Origin: the human T2T-CHM13v2.0 reference genome, Homo sapiens
Reading direction: 5' to 3'
Length of the DNA stretch: 64,000 nucleotides
Assembly: GCA_009914755.4 (NCBI GenBank)
Contig: CP086569.2
Location: 20,480,001 to 20,544,000 of the forward strand
Positions 43,962 through 61,579 of the stretch are shown here, piece after piece. Within the stretch, counting starts at the first letter, position 1. Each line of letters starts with the position of its first letter. The notes beneath the pieces were generated by a model. It did not search any database, had not been told where the DNA came from, and saw only the letters and a program-made list of their open reading frames with translations. A program made the position numbers and the translations under genes.

Positions 43962-46555
43962 CAGTATCCTTTGAATCCTGAGGCTCAGAGGGACATCCAG
44001 CCCTCAATAATGATAGCCTAAAGTTATGAATATAACAGCCCTGTAGTCTCCATGTAACACCCCATTCCACCTGTAAGGACATCAACTGAGGAATATAAAT
44101 TTATTTTGACTCTAAGGGAATTAAATGGGACAGTAGTCCCGGTTCACCCATTAGTTCCTAATATTTGTACAATACTGACTGAAGTCCCTGAAGATGCTCA
44201 TTGATTCACATTGTTAGATTTGAAGGATGCTTTCTTTTGTTTATCTTTATACCCGCACTCCCAGTATATTTTTTGCTTTTGAATGGACTGATCCAGACAC
44301 TCATGCTGCATCTCAACTTACCTGAACAGTTCTCCAGAGTTTTAGATACATTCCCTATCTGTTTGGCAATGCATTGGCCAAGGAGTTAAGGAAACTGCAG
44401 TTAACTAATGGGCTCTCTTGCAATATGTAGATAACTTATGAATATCTAGATCTACCAGAAAATACTCTGCCATGACCACAATTCATCTCCTTAATTTTCT
44501 GGAAAAGCAAGAATATAATGTACCCCCACAAGGCCCAGATCTCTGTGAAAGGATTAAATATTTGGAATATGTATTCATTCTTGGGACAAGGACTTTGACC
44601 CCAAAGTGAAAACACCTTGGCTCAAAGTAACCCAAGTGAGACCCTCTTGGTCCCCCAACCCCCTCTGACTAAGAAACAGTTAAGAACCCTTTTGGGAATG
44701 GCAAGATTCTGTGAGATCTGGATTCCCTGGTTTGGTCTTAGAGCAAAGCCACTCCATGAAGCTCTAAAAGGGAGTGATCATGATCCTTTGAATTGGGATG
44801 AAAATTGCCAACAGGCATTCTTGACCCTAAAATAAAATCTAAAACATCTCCTGCTTTTGGACTCTGTAACTTCAAAAAACCTTTACCCTCTATGTGCCCA
44901 AAAAACAAAGAATGGTTTGAATGTCCAATCTCGAAGGCCCAGGAATAGCCCTAGACCAGTGGCTTACCTTTCTAAACAGTGAAACCAGATGGCAGCTGGA
45001 AGGCCAGGATCCTTGTGTTCTGTGGAAGCCACTGCTCTATTAGTAGAAGAAGCCAGTAAGTTTACCTTGGGATAATAATTAGATGTCATAACCCCCACCA
45101 AGTACAGGGGGTTTTAGAAGCAAAAGGTTATCAATGGCTAACAGGAGGTCACTTATTTAATAACAGGTTTTTCTCCTTGACACCCCAGATGTAACCCTTA
45201 TAATATGTTGAGTATTAAACTCTGATATCCTGTTGCTACACTTCACATCCTAATAAACAGACCCCCAACTCACTTCCCTCCTGTGTGGAAATTATAGCAG
45301 GTCTGACCTGAAAGATTAGCCTCTGTCTATTCCTGATGAGTGGTTTACAGATGGGAGTAGCTTTATACATGAGAGAATAAGAAAGGCAGGTTTTGCGGTA
45401 TTTAGCCAACAAGAGGTCACTGAGGCAAAAACTTTACTTCCCCAGGTTTCTGCTGAAGCAGAATTAATTGTTCTAATCAGAGCTCTCCAATTAGGAAAGA
45501 CTTGAGCGTCAATATATTTACTGATTCCAAATATGGGTTTCTTATGCTCTATGCTCATGCTGTTATATGAAAAGAAACGAGAGAACTAACAGCTAAAGGA
45601 TACCCAATACAACATCACTTAAATTTGATGATGTCCAGCTCCAAAAGGAGGTAGCAATTATTCACTGTAGAGGACATCAAAAGGGAAGTGCCTCTATTAT
45701 TAAAGAGAATGCTCTTGCAGAAAGAGCAGCTAAGACTACAGCTAAAGAGACACCAGTGTAATAGGTCACTGACTAATGCCAGGTACTGCACCCATGTCAT
45801 GAACACCACACTATATACCCCTGAGGAATTTAAATGGGCAGAACAGAAAGGTTTATACAAGGATTCATCAGGATGGTTACTAAAATGCAACTAACTCTTG
45901 TACCCTGAGGCTGACCAATGAAAAATAATTAAGCATTTTCATGATTCCTCACATTTGGAGTGGAGTCAATTGAATTTTCACTATTCAATTGAATTTTCCA
46001 AATCTTCTGTGGAAACAAACTAGTCTAAACTGTAAGGAGGGTCACCAGGGCCTGTGAACTTTGTTCCTGTCATGATCCAAGAAGCCACTCCATACCTCCA
46101 CTTCTACTCAAATTTTAAAAACATTTAGGTACATGCCCTGGGACAACTGGCAAATAGGTTTTTCTCAGATACTACCTTATAGGGGATGATAATATTTGCT
46201 AGTATTTATAGGCACTTTCACCAAGTGGGTTGAGATTTACCCCACAAGGCATTAGAAGTGTCTAATTTTTACTTAAAGAGATCACTGCAAGGTTTGGATT
46301 ATCTAAATGCCTGCAGAGTGATAATGGACCTTTCTTCACACCTATAGTGACCCAGCAGCTTTTCTTCATCCTTAAGCAGTACCTATCATCTTCACTCCTC
46401 CTGGAGTTCCCAATTCTCAGGTAAGGTAGAAAAGCTAATCATGTTTTAAAAGGACATTAGAAAAGCCATGTAAGGAGACCTCAGAGGCCTGGGTTTCCCT
46501 CCTAGCCATAGCCCTTTTACACATAAGGATGGGCCCAAAAGGAAACTCACTCGCT
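41500..46555 (+). mobile_element. Endogenous retrovirus (class I / gamma-like) gag-pro-pol remnant, heavily mutated; no env or LTRs confidently recognised
   Basis: Gag MA-like …PRHGSLYYNDIVQSYLLCRKEIRWEELYYVQAFW (41713..42132). CA end …KITQEKEENPSLIQGFLVEAVRKYTNIDPDSLE (42764..42979). NC knuckle remnant CLQEGHWKDC (about 43300). Protease LDTGDAYSVL (43489..). RT LLQYVDNL (YVDD to YVDN, about 44425). RT connection LTKKQLRTLLGMARFCEIWIPWFGLRAKPLHEALKG (44617..). RNase H IIHCRGHQKGSASIIKENALAERAAKT (about 45650). IN …[20 protein letters not shown]. Confidence 0.7.
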
Positions 46556-47000
46556 TATGTGATGAATTATATTTATTGATTTGCGTATGTTTAACTAGCC
46601 TTGCATCCTGGGGATGAAGCTGACTGATCATGGTGGTGAAGCTTTTGGATGTGCTGCTGAATTTGGTTCGCAGTGTTTTATTTGAGAATTTTGCATTGAT
46701 GATCATCAGGCATATTGTCCTGAAGTTTTCTTTTTTGTTGTATGTCTGCCAGATTTTGGTATTATTGATGATACTTGACTCATAAAATGAGTTAGGGTGA
46801 AGTTCCTCCTTTTTAATTGTTTGAAATAATTTCAGAGAAAATGGTTCCAGCTCCTCTTTATAACTCTGGTAGAATTCAACTGCAAATCTTTCTGGTTCTG
46901 GGCTTTTTTAAGTTGGTAGGCTATTTATTAGTGCCTCAATTTCAGAAATTTTTATTGGTCTGCTCAGATATTCAACTTCTTTCTGGCACCCCTGATTATT
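46555..47000 (-). mobile_element. LINE-1 ORF2 internal fragment (minus) inserted at the 3' edge of the ERV pol
   Basis: tatatttattgatttgcgtatgtttaactagccttgcatcctggggatgaagctgactgatcatggtggtgaagcttttggatgtgctgctgaatttggttcgcag… aligns with 9330-9750 of the full-length L1 in this window. Confidence 0.8.
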
Positions 47001-47699
47001 ATATGGCTAACTTTCATGGTCATGATACTATGAAATTACTTAAGCTCTGGAATAAAATTAGCAAAAATGACCCAAAATATTGCTGGCCATGATGGTGATC
47101 TTATGATATCACTAGGTGAATTTGTCTGCATGCTCAAATGGAATGGAAGATATTGAACCTTACAAATATAATGTCATTTTACAATTTGTACTTTGAGCTT
47201 TCTAAAAGAAACCAAGAATTGTTTCTAGCTTCTCTGAAAGAGAATAAATAAAAAAGAGAAAATGGAACATGCAAAAAATGTATGGAGTTGACTCTTCTTT
47301 CTTCTTTTGGACTACATCTTCTACCTGTTCTCTTTCTTAACTCCTTCCATCGAAGCTCTTCTTTCTCCTACAATACTTCCATCCCCCTTCTCAACTTCCA
47401 TATACTCAGATCTGTCTCAAATACTCCTTTCCTCACCTCTGACTCACCAATATGGCCTTCTTAGTTTCCTTTATGATTATAGGAGGCAGTGGTAATGCTG
47501 CCAGGTCAGTTTGTTCCCTAGTGTTCCCTAGATAAAATTGGAGTTCTGGCTGTCACTAATACCTTTCTCAATTTCTTATTAAATTCTGTAGTACTTTGCC
47601 ACTCATCAGTTCAATCTGTTAATTACCAACTACCAGCCTGAATATTCAGATCTCTAGTCTCCAAAATTACATAGAGAGGGTGGAGAAAGATGGTATTAC

Positions 47700-50690
47700 G
47701 GAAGCCTATACCATTTTTCTCCCCCTAGGAACACCGAATTTTCACAACAATCTGTACTGTCACAAGAACAGAGCACTTTCACAGGAACCAAAATATTAGG
47801 CAAGCAACCACTGTACCTGGTTTTAACCTCATATTACTGAAAAATGCATTGAATAGGGTAAGAAAGACAGTCTTGTATCACTGACACCAGTCCTCCCCAT
47901 GACCCAGTAGCAGTACAGAAAGAGTCTGCACACTTGGGGAAAAAAAAGAGCAGTGACTGGGGGACTTTATATTAAACTCAGTGCTACCTTGTCACAGTGG
48001 AGAGCAAAGCTATGCTGGGCTCAACCAGCACCAATAAAAGGAGAGAGGATTTGAACCAGACAGAGGTATTTTTCATTCTAGCAGTTAGAGCTTCAGTTTC
48101 TAGGAAAGGCTTGCCAGTGGGCAAAGGGTTCTGAGATCTTGGGTAAATTTGAAAGGCAGTCCAGGACACAGTGACTGCCATTCCTGGGCAACACATAAAG
48201 CTCTGAGTTGAGCTTAGAGCTAGCAGACTAGCTACATAAGCTAGAGAGACACTAGTTGAGGCAACTAAGGAAGAGCTTATGCCACCCCTTCCCCAACCTC
48301 AGGTACAGCAGCTTGCAGCAAGGAAAGGGACTTCTTTCTTCTGCCTAAGAAAAGGAGAGCAAAGAGTAAAGAGGAGTTTGTCTTGCACCTGTATACCAGC
48401 TCAGGCACAGTAGGATAGTACATGAAGCAGAGTCATGAATCACACATTGTAGGGGCAGGGTTCATCACCTGCTTACTAAAGAGCCCTTGGGCCTTGAATA
48501 ACCAGCAGAGATACTCAAATAGTACACCATAAACCTTGGTCTCTGAAATGTACTGACTTCAGGTGTGACTCAGCACATTCCCAGCTCTAATGGCTATGGT
48601 GAAAGATTTCTTTATTTGAGAAAAGCAGAAAGAAAAATAAAGGGGATGTTGTCTTTCATCTTAGGTACCAGGTTGTTTGCAGTGGAGTAGAGAAATAAGT
48701 AGGCTCTTGGGGTCCCTGAGTGCAAGTGTAGGATTCCAGACAGCATTTCTGGACTTGCCTTGAGCCAGCGGGGAACCCACTTCTCTGAAGAATGAGTCCT
48801 AGTCCTGGAAGTGTTCTCCACAAGCTGACTAAAGAGCCCTTGGTCTGTAACTGAACATCTTCAGTAGCCTGGCAAAGCCCCCTATGGGCTTGTGGTGTTG
48901 GTGGTGCAAGAGAGAGGCTTCTGTGCTTATAAAAAGGAAATAAAAGAGCAGAGTGAACTTGGTATTGTGGTTTCCATGCCAGCTTAGTTGACATATAATA
49001 AAATTTCTTAGGTTTTATACTCCAATGCCTGGATTGAAAGCATTACTGGACCAGCCTGAGGGAACTTATTACCGTAAAGGGAAGGACACAAACCAGGCTG
49101 ACATAATCACCTGCTGATCATAGAGCCCTAGGGACTTGAGTAAACATAGGTGGTAGCCTGGTAGTGGTTACAGCAGACCTTGGGTAAGAGTCAGTGCTGT
49201 ACTGGCTTCAAGTCTAACCCAGTGCTGTCACAGCGGTGGTGGCAACAGGAGTGCTTGTGTCATTACATCCACAATTGTACGGTGCTCAACAGTGAGAGAA
49301 AGCCATCAGTTTTTTGGTAGAAAGTGAGAGAAAAGAACAACCTCTGCTGGATAATATAAAGAATTATTCCCAATTTTATTTAAAACCATTAAGATAGTAC
49401 CCCTATGAATCTGCAAAAAACACAACATTATTGGGCTTGGGGCCCAAGTCCCTTTGAATACCTGAAAACTCTTCTCAAGAAGGAGGCACACAAATAAGCC
49501 CATACTGTGAAGACCACAATAAGTACCTAATTATTTAATGTCCAGAGACCAATGAATATCTACAAGCATCGAGACGAAGCATGAAAACATGACATCACCA
49601 AAGGAGTTAAAAGTTACCAGGGACAATCCTGGAGAAACAGAGATATGTGACCTTTTGGACAGAATTTGATAGCCTTTAGAGAAAAGTCAAAGAAATTTTA
49701 GATAACATAAAGAAAAAATTCAGAATTCTGTTGGATAAATTTAACAAAGAGATTGAAATAATTAAAAAGAATCAAGCAAAAATAAAAATAATAAAGTTGA
49801 AAGATGCAGTTGACATATTGATGAATTCCTCAGCCTTTTAGAGAAAAACTGATCAAGCAGAAGAATTAGTGAGCTTAAAGACAGCCTATTTAGAAACACA
49901 CAGTCAGAAGAGATTTAAAAAAAAAAGAAGAAGAAACTATGCTTACAATAGTTAGAAAATATCATCAAAAGGGCAAATATGTGAGTTATTAGCCTTAAAA
50001 AAGAGGTAGAGCAAGAAGAATAGAAAGCTTATTCAAAGGAATAACAGAGAATGGTCCACATCTAGAGAAAGATATCAATATTAAAGAAAAATAAGATTAT
50101 AGAACACCAAGAAATCTTAACTCAATCTACGTCAAGATATTTAAAAGGCAAAATCTCAAGGATCATGGATAAAAAGGATAAAGTATCCTAAAAGCAGCAA
50201 GATTAAAAAAAAACAACACACCAAATAACACACAATGGACCTTTAATATTTCTGATAGGTTTTGAGTGGAAACCTTACAGGACAGCAGGAAAGCCATTAC
50301 ATGTTTAACTTGTAACATATTTAGTGCTGAAGGAAAAAAAATAACATAAAATACCGTATCTGGTTAAAACAATCTTTCAAGCATGAAAGACAAATAAAGA
50401 CTTCCAGACAAATGAAAGCTGAGGAATTTCATAAACAGCAGACAGATTCTAAAAGAAATATTAAAAGTAATTTTTTAATCTGAAAGAACAGGATGTTAAT
50501 GAGCAAGAAACCAACAGAAGGAACAAAACTCACTGGTAGTAGCTAGCACACGTAGAATAGAATAGAAAGATGGAGAACATTAGAATACTGTAATTGTGCT
50601 ATATAAGCTACTCTTATCTTAAATGGAAATAGTAAACAATGAACTAATAAAAAATAATACCTACAACTTTCCAAAATATAGACATTACAA
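47700..50690 (+). mobile_element. Older LINE-1 (L1PB/L1MA-like) 5' portion, plus orientation: modular 5'UTR then decayed ORF1
   Basis: Repeated about 300-bp 5'UTR modules (ctaaagagcccttgggccttgaataaccagc…; ctgactaaagagcccttggtctgtaactgaac…; gatcatagagccctagggacttgagtaaacat…). Then an ORF1-like translation …SWIKRIKYPKSSKIKKKQ…IWLKQSFKHERQIKTSRQMKAEEF…. Confidence 0.55.
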
Positions 50691-50912
50691 TAAGACAAAG
50701 ACAAACAAAAACAAACAAAAAAGAAAAGTGAGGAGATAAAGTGTACAGCTATTGTTAGACTACTTTTTGCATGATTGTTTATGCAATGAATATTAAGTTG
50801 TCAGCTTAAAATAATTTTAACAATTTTAAGTTAAAATTTTAATTGCATAATATTAAATTAGAATTTTATTAATTTAATTTAATTATTTTGATTTTTATAA
50901 ATTTTTTTATAA

Positions 50913-56835
<5,923 letters not shown>

Positions 56836-56989
56836 CATAAATAAGTCTTATAAATAATTTGTATAAATTTTAATAAGATTAAGTTCATAAAAAATAAATT
56901 TGTTTACTTAGTGCAATTTAAATTAAATACACATTTTAAATTAAAAATTTTAACAATTTACTAGCCTCACCATAAGCTTAAATTGAAAA

Positions 56990-58250
56990 GCATACCATGG
57001 ATACACAAAAAATTAAAAGCAAGAAATTACAGTATGCCACCAGAGAAAATCACTTTTACTAAAAGGAATGCAGAATGGAATGATAGAAGAGACCACAAAA
57101 CAACCTGAAAACTCACAACAAAATTGCAAGAGTAAGTTCTTAATTATAATAATAACATTGAATGTAAATAGACCACATGCTGTAGTAGAAGACACAGAGT
57201 GACTGAATAGAAGAAAAAACAATATACAATAGTCTGTTGTCTTCAATAAACATTTACCTATAGTCATACACATACTTTGAAAATAAAGGAATAAAAAAGA
57301 TATTTTATGGCAACAAAAAATAAAAAAGAGCAGGAATAGCTATACTTAGACCAAATATATTTTAAGACATAAACTCTAAGAAGAGACAATAAAAATCATT
57401 TTATACTGATAAATGGGTCAGTGCAGCAAGAGAATATTATAATTGCACCTATATTATACATGTATATGTAAGTATGTATGTATCCTACACCAGAACACAC
57501 AGACATATAAAGCAAATATTATTATAGCTAAAGAGAGAGATAGATCTCAACCTGTATTAATTTATATTGCAGAGCTACAGAGAAAGAGAGATACACCTTA
57601 ATTTGTACAATAACTAGAGTCTTCAACACCCCACGTTGCATTTGGACATATCTCCAAGAAAAATAATGAAGAAAAAAAATAGATCTGAATCTGCACTTTA
57701 GTACAAATTGTGGTAATAGATATTTATAAAACTTTTTGTCCAATGGCTGTAGAATATACATATCTTTTCTTCAGTGCATGGATTATTCTCAGTAATAAAT
57801 TATATGTAGGGTCACAAAAAAGTCTTAAGACATTAAAGTAATAAAGAATTTTATCTGTCACAATGGAATAAAACTAGAATAACAAAAACATTTTTCAAAC
57901 TATGCAAACACATGGAAATTAAACAACATACTTCTGAATGATAAGTGGGTCAATAAAGACAGCAAAGTAAATAGAGCAATAAACAGTACTAAGAAGGATA
58001 TTTATAGCTCTAAGTGCTACATCAAAAAATAAGAAAATCTCAAATAAATAATCTAATAATTCATCTTGAAAAACTAGAAAAGCTGGAACAAACAGAATGC
58101 AAAATCAGTGGAAAAAAGGAATAATAGAGATCAGAGCAGAAATACATGAATTTGAAATGAAAAAATGCAAAAGATCAATGAAACAAAAAGTTGGTTGTGT
58201 TGAAAATATAAATGGAGTTGTCTAATCTTTAACCAGACTAGGAAAAAAAA
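56990..58250 (+). mobile_element. Older LINE-1 segment (plus): ORF1 C-terminus, inter-ORF, ORF2 EN domain N-terminal about 1.1 kb
   Basis: tataataataacattgaatgtaaatagaccacatgctgtagtagaagacacagagtgactgaatagaagaaaaaacaatatacaatagtctgttgtcttcaataaacatttacc = LNVN.LN.P.KRHRVTEWIKKQ..ICCLQ.T.L-like ORF2 start on the plus strand. Confidence 0.75.
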
Positions 58251-58260
58251 GAGAGATCTT

Positions 58261-61200
58261 TGGTGATATCCCCTTTATCATTTTTTATTGTATCCATTTG
58301 ATTCTTCTCTCTTTTCTTTTTTGTTAGTCTTGCTAACAGTGTGTCAATTCAATTTTGTTGATCTTTTCAAAAAACCAGCTCCTGGATTCATTGATTTTTT
58401 TGATGGTTTTTTTATGTCTCTATTTCCTTCAGTTCTGCTCTGATCTTAGTTATTTCTTGCCTTCTGCTAGCTTTTCAATGTGTTCACTCTTGTTTCTCTA
58501 GTTCTTTTAATTGTGATGTTAGGTTGTCAATTTTAGATCTTTCCTCCTTTCTCTTGTGGGCATTTTGTGCTATAAATTTCCCTCTACACACTGCTTTGAA
58601 TGTGTCGAATGTGTCCCAGAGATTCTGGTATGCTGTGTCCTTGTTCTGTTGGTTGCAAAGAATATCTTGATTTCTGCCTTCATTTCATTATGTACCCAGT
58701 AGTCATTCAGGAGCAGGTTGTTCAGTTTCCATGTAGTTGAGCGGTTTTGAGTGAGTTTCTTAATCCTGAGTTCTAGTTTGATTGCACTGTGGTCTGAGAG
58801 ACAGTTTGTTATAATTTCTGTTCTTTTACATTTGCTGAAGAGTGCTTTACTTCCAACTATGTGGAATAAGTGTGGTGTGGTGCTGAGAAGAATGTATACT
58901 CTGTTGATTTTGGGTGGAGAGTTCTGTAGATGTCTCTTAGGTCTGGTTGGCGCAGAGCTGAATTGAAATCCTGGATATCTTTGTTAACCTCTGTCTTGTC
59001 GATCTGTCTAATGTTGACAGTGGGTTTTAAAGCCTCCCATTATTATTGTATGGGAGTCCAAGTCTCTTTGTAGGTCTCTAAGGTCTTGCTTTATGAATCT
59101 GGGTGCTCCTGTATTGGGTGCATGTATATTTAGGATAGTTAGCTCTTCTTGCTGAATTGATCCCTTTACCATTACGTAATGGCCTTCTTTGTCTCTTTTG
59201 ATTTTTGTTGGTTTAAAGTCTGTCTTATCAGAGACCAGGATTGCAACCCCTGCCTTTTTTTGTTTTCTGTTTTCTTGGTAGATCTTCTTCCATCCCTTTG
59301 TTTTGAGCCTATGTGTGTCTCTGCACGTGAGATGGGTTTCCCGAATACAGCACACTGATGGGTCTTGACTCTTTATCCAGTTTGCCAGTCTGTGTCTTTT
59401 AATTGGCACATTTAGCCCATTTACATTTAAGGTTAATATTGTTATGTGTGAATTTGTTCTTGTCATTATGATGTTACCTGGTTATTTTGCTCATTAGTTG
59501 ATGCAGTTTCTTCCTAGCCTCGACGGTCTTCACAGTTTGGCATGTTTTTTCAGTGGCTGGTATTGTTTGTTCCTTTCCATGTTTAGTGCTTCCTTCAGGA
59601 GCTCTTTTAGGGCAGGCCTGGTGGTGACAAAATTTCTCAGCATTTGCTTGTCTGTAAAGGATTTTATTTTTCCTTCACTATGAAGCTTAGTTTGGCTGGA
59701 TATGAAATTCTGGGTTGAAAATTCTTTTCTTTAAGAATGTTGAATATTGGCCTCCACTCTCTTCTGGCTTGTAGAGTTTCTGCTGAGAGATCAGTTGTTA
59801 GTCTGATGGGCTTCCCTTTGTGGGTAACCCAACCTTTCTCTCTGGCTACTGTAAACATTTTTTCATTCATTTCAACTTTGGTGAATCTGACAATTATGTG
59901 TCTTGGAATTGTTCTTCTCAAGGAGTATCTTTGTGGCATTGTCTGTATTTCCTCAATTTGAATGTTGGCCTGCCTTGCTAGATTGGGGAAGTTCTCCTGG
60001 ACAATATCCTGCAGAATGTTTTCCAACTTGGTTCCATTCTCCCCATCACTTTCAGATACACCAGTCAGACATAGATTTGGTCTTTTCACATAGTCCCATA
60101 TTTCTTGGAGGCTTTGTTTGTTTCTTTTTATTCTTTTTTCTCTAAACTTCTCTTCTTCCTTCATTTCATTCATTTGATCTTCCATCACTAATACCCTTTC
60201 TTCCGGTTGATCAAGTTGGCTACCGAGGCTTGTGCATTCATCACATAGTTCTCATGCTGTGGTTTCCAGTTCCATCAGGTCCTTTAAGGACTTCTCTGCA
60301 TTGGTTATTCTAGTTAGCCATTCATGTAATTTTTTTTAAGGTTTTTAACTTCTTTGCCATGGGTTTGAACTTCCTCCTTTAGCTCAGAGTAGTTTTATTG
60401 TCTGAAGCCTTCTCTCAACTGGTCAAAGTCATTCTCCATCCAGCTTTGTTCCATTGCTGATGAGGAGCTGCATTCCTTTGGAGGAGGAGAGGTGCTCTGA
60501 TTTTTAGAGTTTCCAGTTTTTCTGCTCTGTTTTTTCCCCATTTTTGTCGTTTTATTTACCTTTGATCTTTGATGATGGTCATGTACAGATGGAGTTTTTG
60601 TGTGGGTGTCTTTTTTGTTTGTTAGTTTTCCTTCTAACATTCAGGACCCTCAGCTGCAGGTCTGTTGGAGTTTGCTGAAGGTCCACTCCAGACCCTATTT
60701 TCCTGGGTATCAGCAGCAGAGTCTGCAGAACAGCAGATATTGGTGAGCAGCAAATGTTGCTGCCTGATCATTCCTCTGGAATTTTTGTATCAGAGCAGTA
60801 CCCAGCCATGTGAGGTGTCAGTCTGCCCCTACTGGGGGGTGCCTCCCAGTTAGGCTACTCAGAGGTCAGGGACCCACTTGAGGAGGCAGTCTGTCCATTC
60901 TTGGATCTCCAGCTTGGTGCTGGGAGAACCACTGCTCTGTTCAAAGCTGTCACACAGGGACATTTAAGTCTGCACAGGATTCTGCTGCCTTTTGTTTGGC
61001 TATTCCCTGCCCCCATAGGTGGAGTCTACAGAGGCAGGCAGGCCTCCTTGAGCTGAGGTGGGCTCCAGGCAGTTTGAGCTTCCTCGCCATTTTGTTTACC
61101 TACTCAAGCCTCAGCAATGGTGGGCGCCCCTCTCCCAGCTTTGCTGCCACCTTGCAGTTTGATCTCAGACTGTTGTGCTAGCAATGAGTGAGGCTCCGTG

Positions 61201-61565
61201 GGCACAGGACCCTCTGAGCCATGTGCGGGATATAATCTCCTGGTGTGCCATTTGCTAAGACCCCTGGAAAAGTGCAGTATTACGGTGGGAGTGACCTGAT
61301 TTTCCAGTTGCCATCTGTCACCACTTTCTTTGACTAGGAAAGGGAATTCCCTGACCCCTTGCACTTCCTGGGTGAGGCAATGCCTTGCCATGCTTCTGCT
61401 GACACTGGGTGCACTGCAGCCATGGTCCTGCACCCACTTTCTGACACTCCCCAGTGAGATGAGCACAGTACCTCAGTTGGAAATGCAGAAATCACCTGTC
61501 TTCTGCATCGCCCACACTGGGAGCTCTAGCCTGGAGCTGTTCCCTGTCGGCCATCTTGGCTCCAC
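58261..61565 (-). mobile_element. LINE-1 (L1PA-type, minus) lacking its 3' about 2.7 kb: 5'UTR + ORF1 + ORF2 to mid-RT
   Basis: Minus-strand ORFs 59008..59466 (MTRTNSHITILTLNVNGLNVPIKRHRLANWIKSQDPSVCCIRETHL…) and 59664..60188 (ORF1, 174 aa). The 5'UTR ends …ctggagctgttccctgtcggccatcttggctcc at about 61565. The element begins at 58261 at a point homologous to about 9850 of the first L1. Confidence 0.9.
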
Positions 61566-61579
61566 CAAAAGCCTGATCT

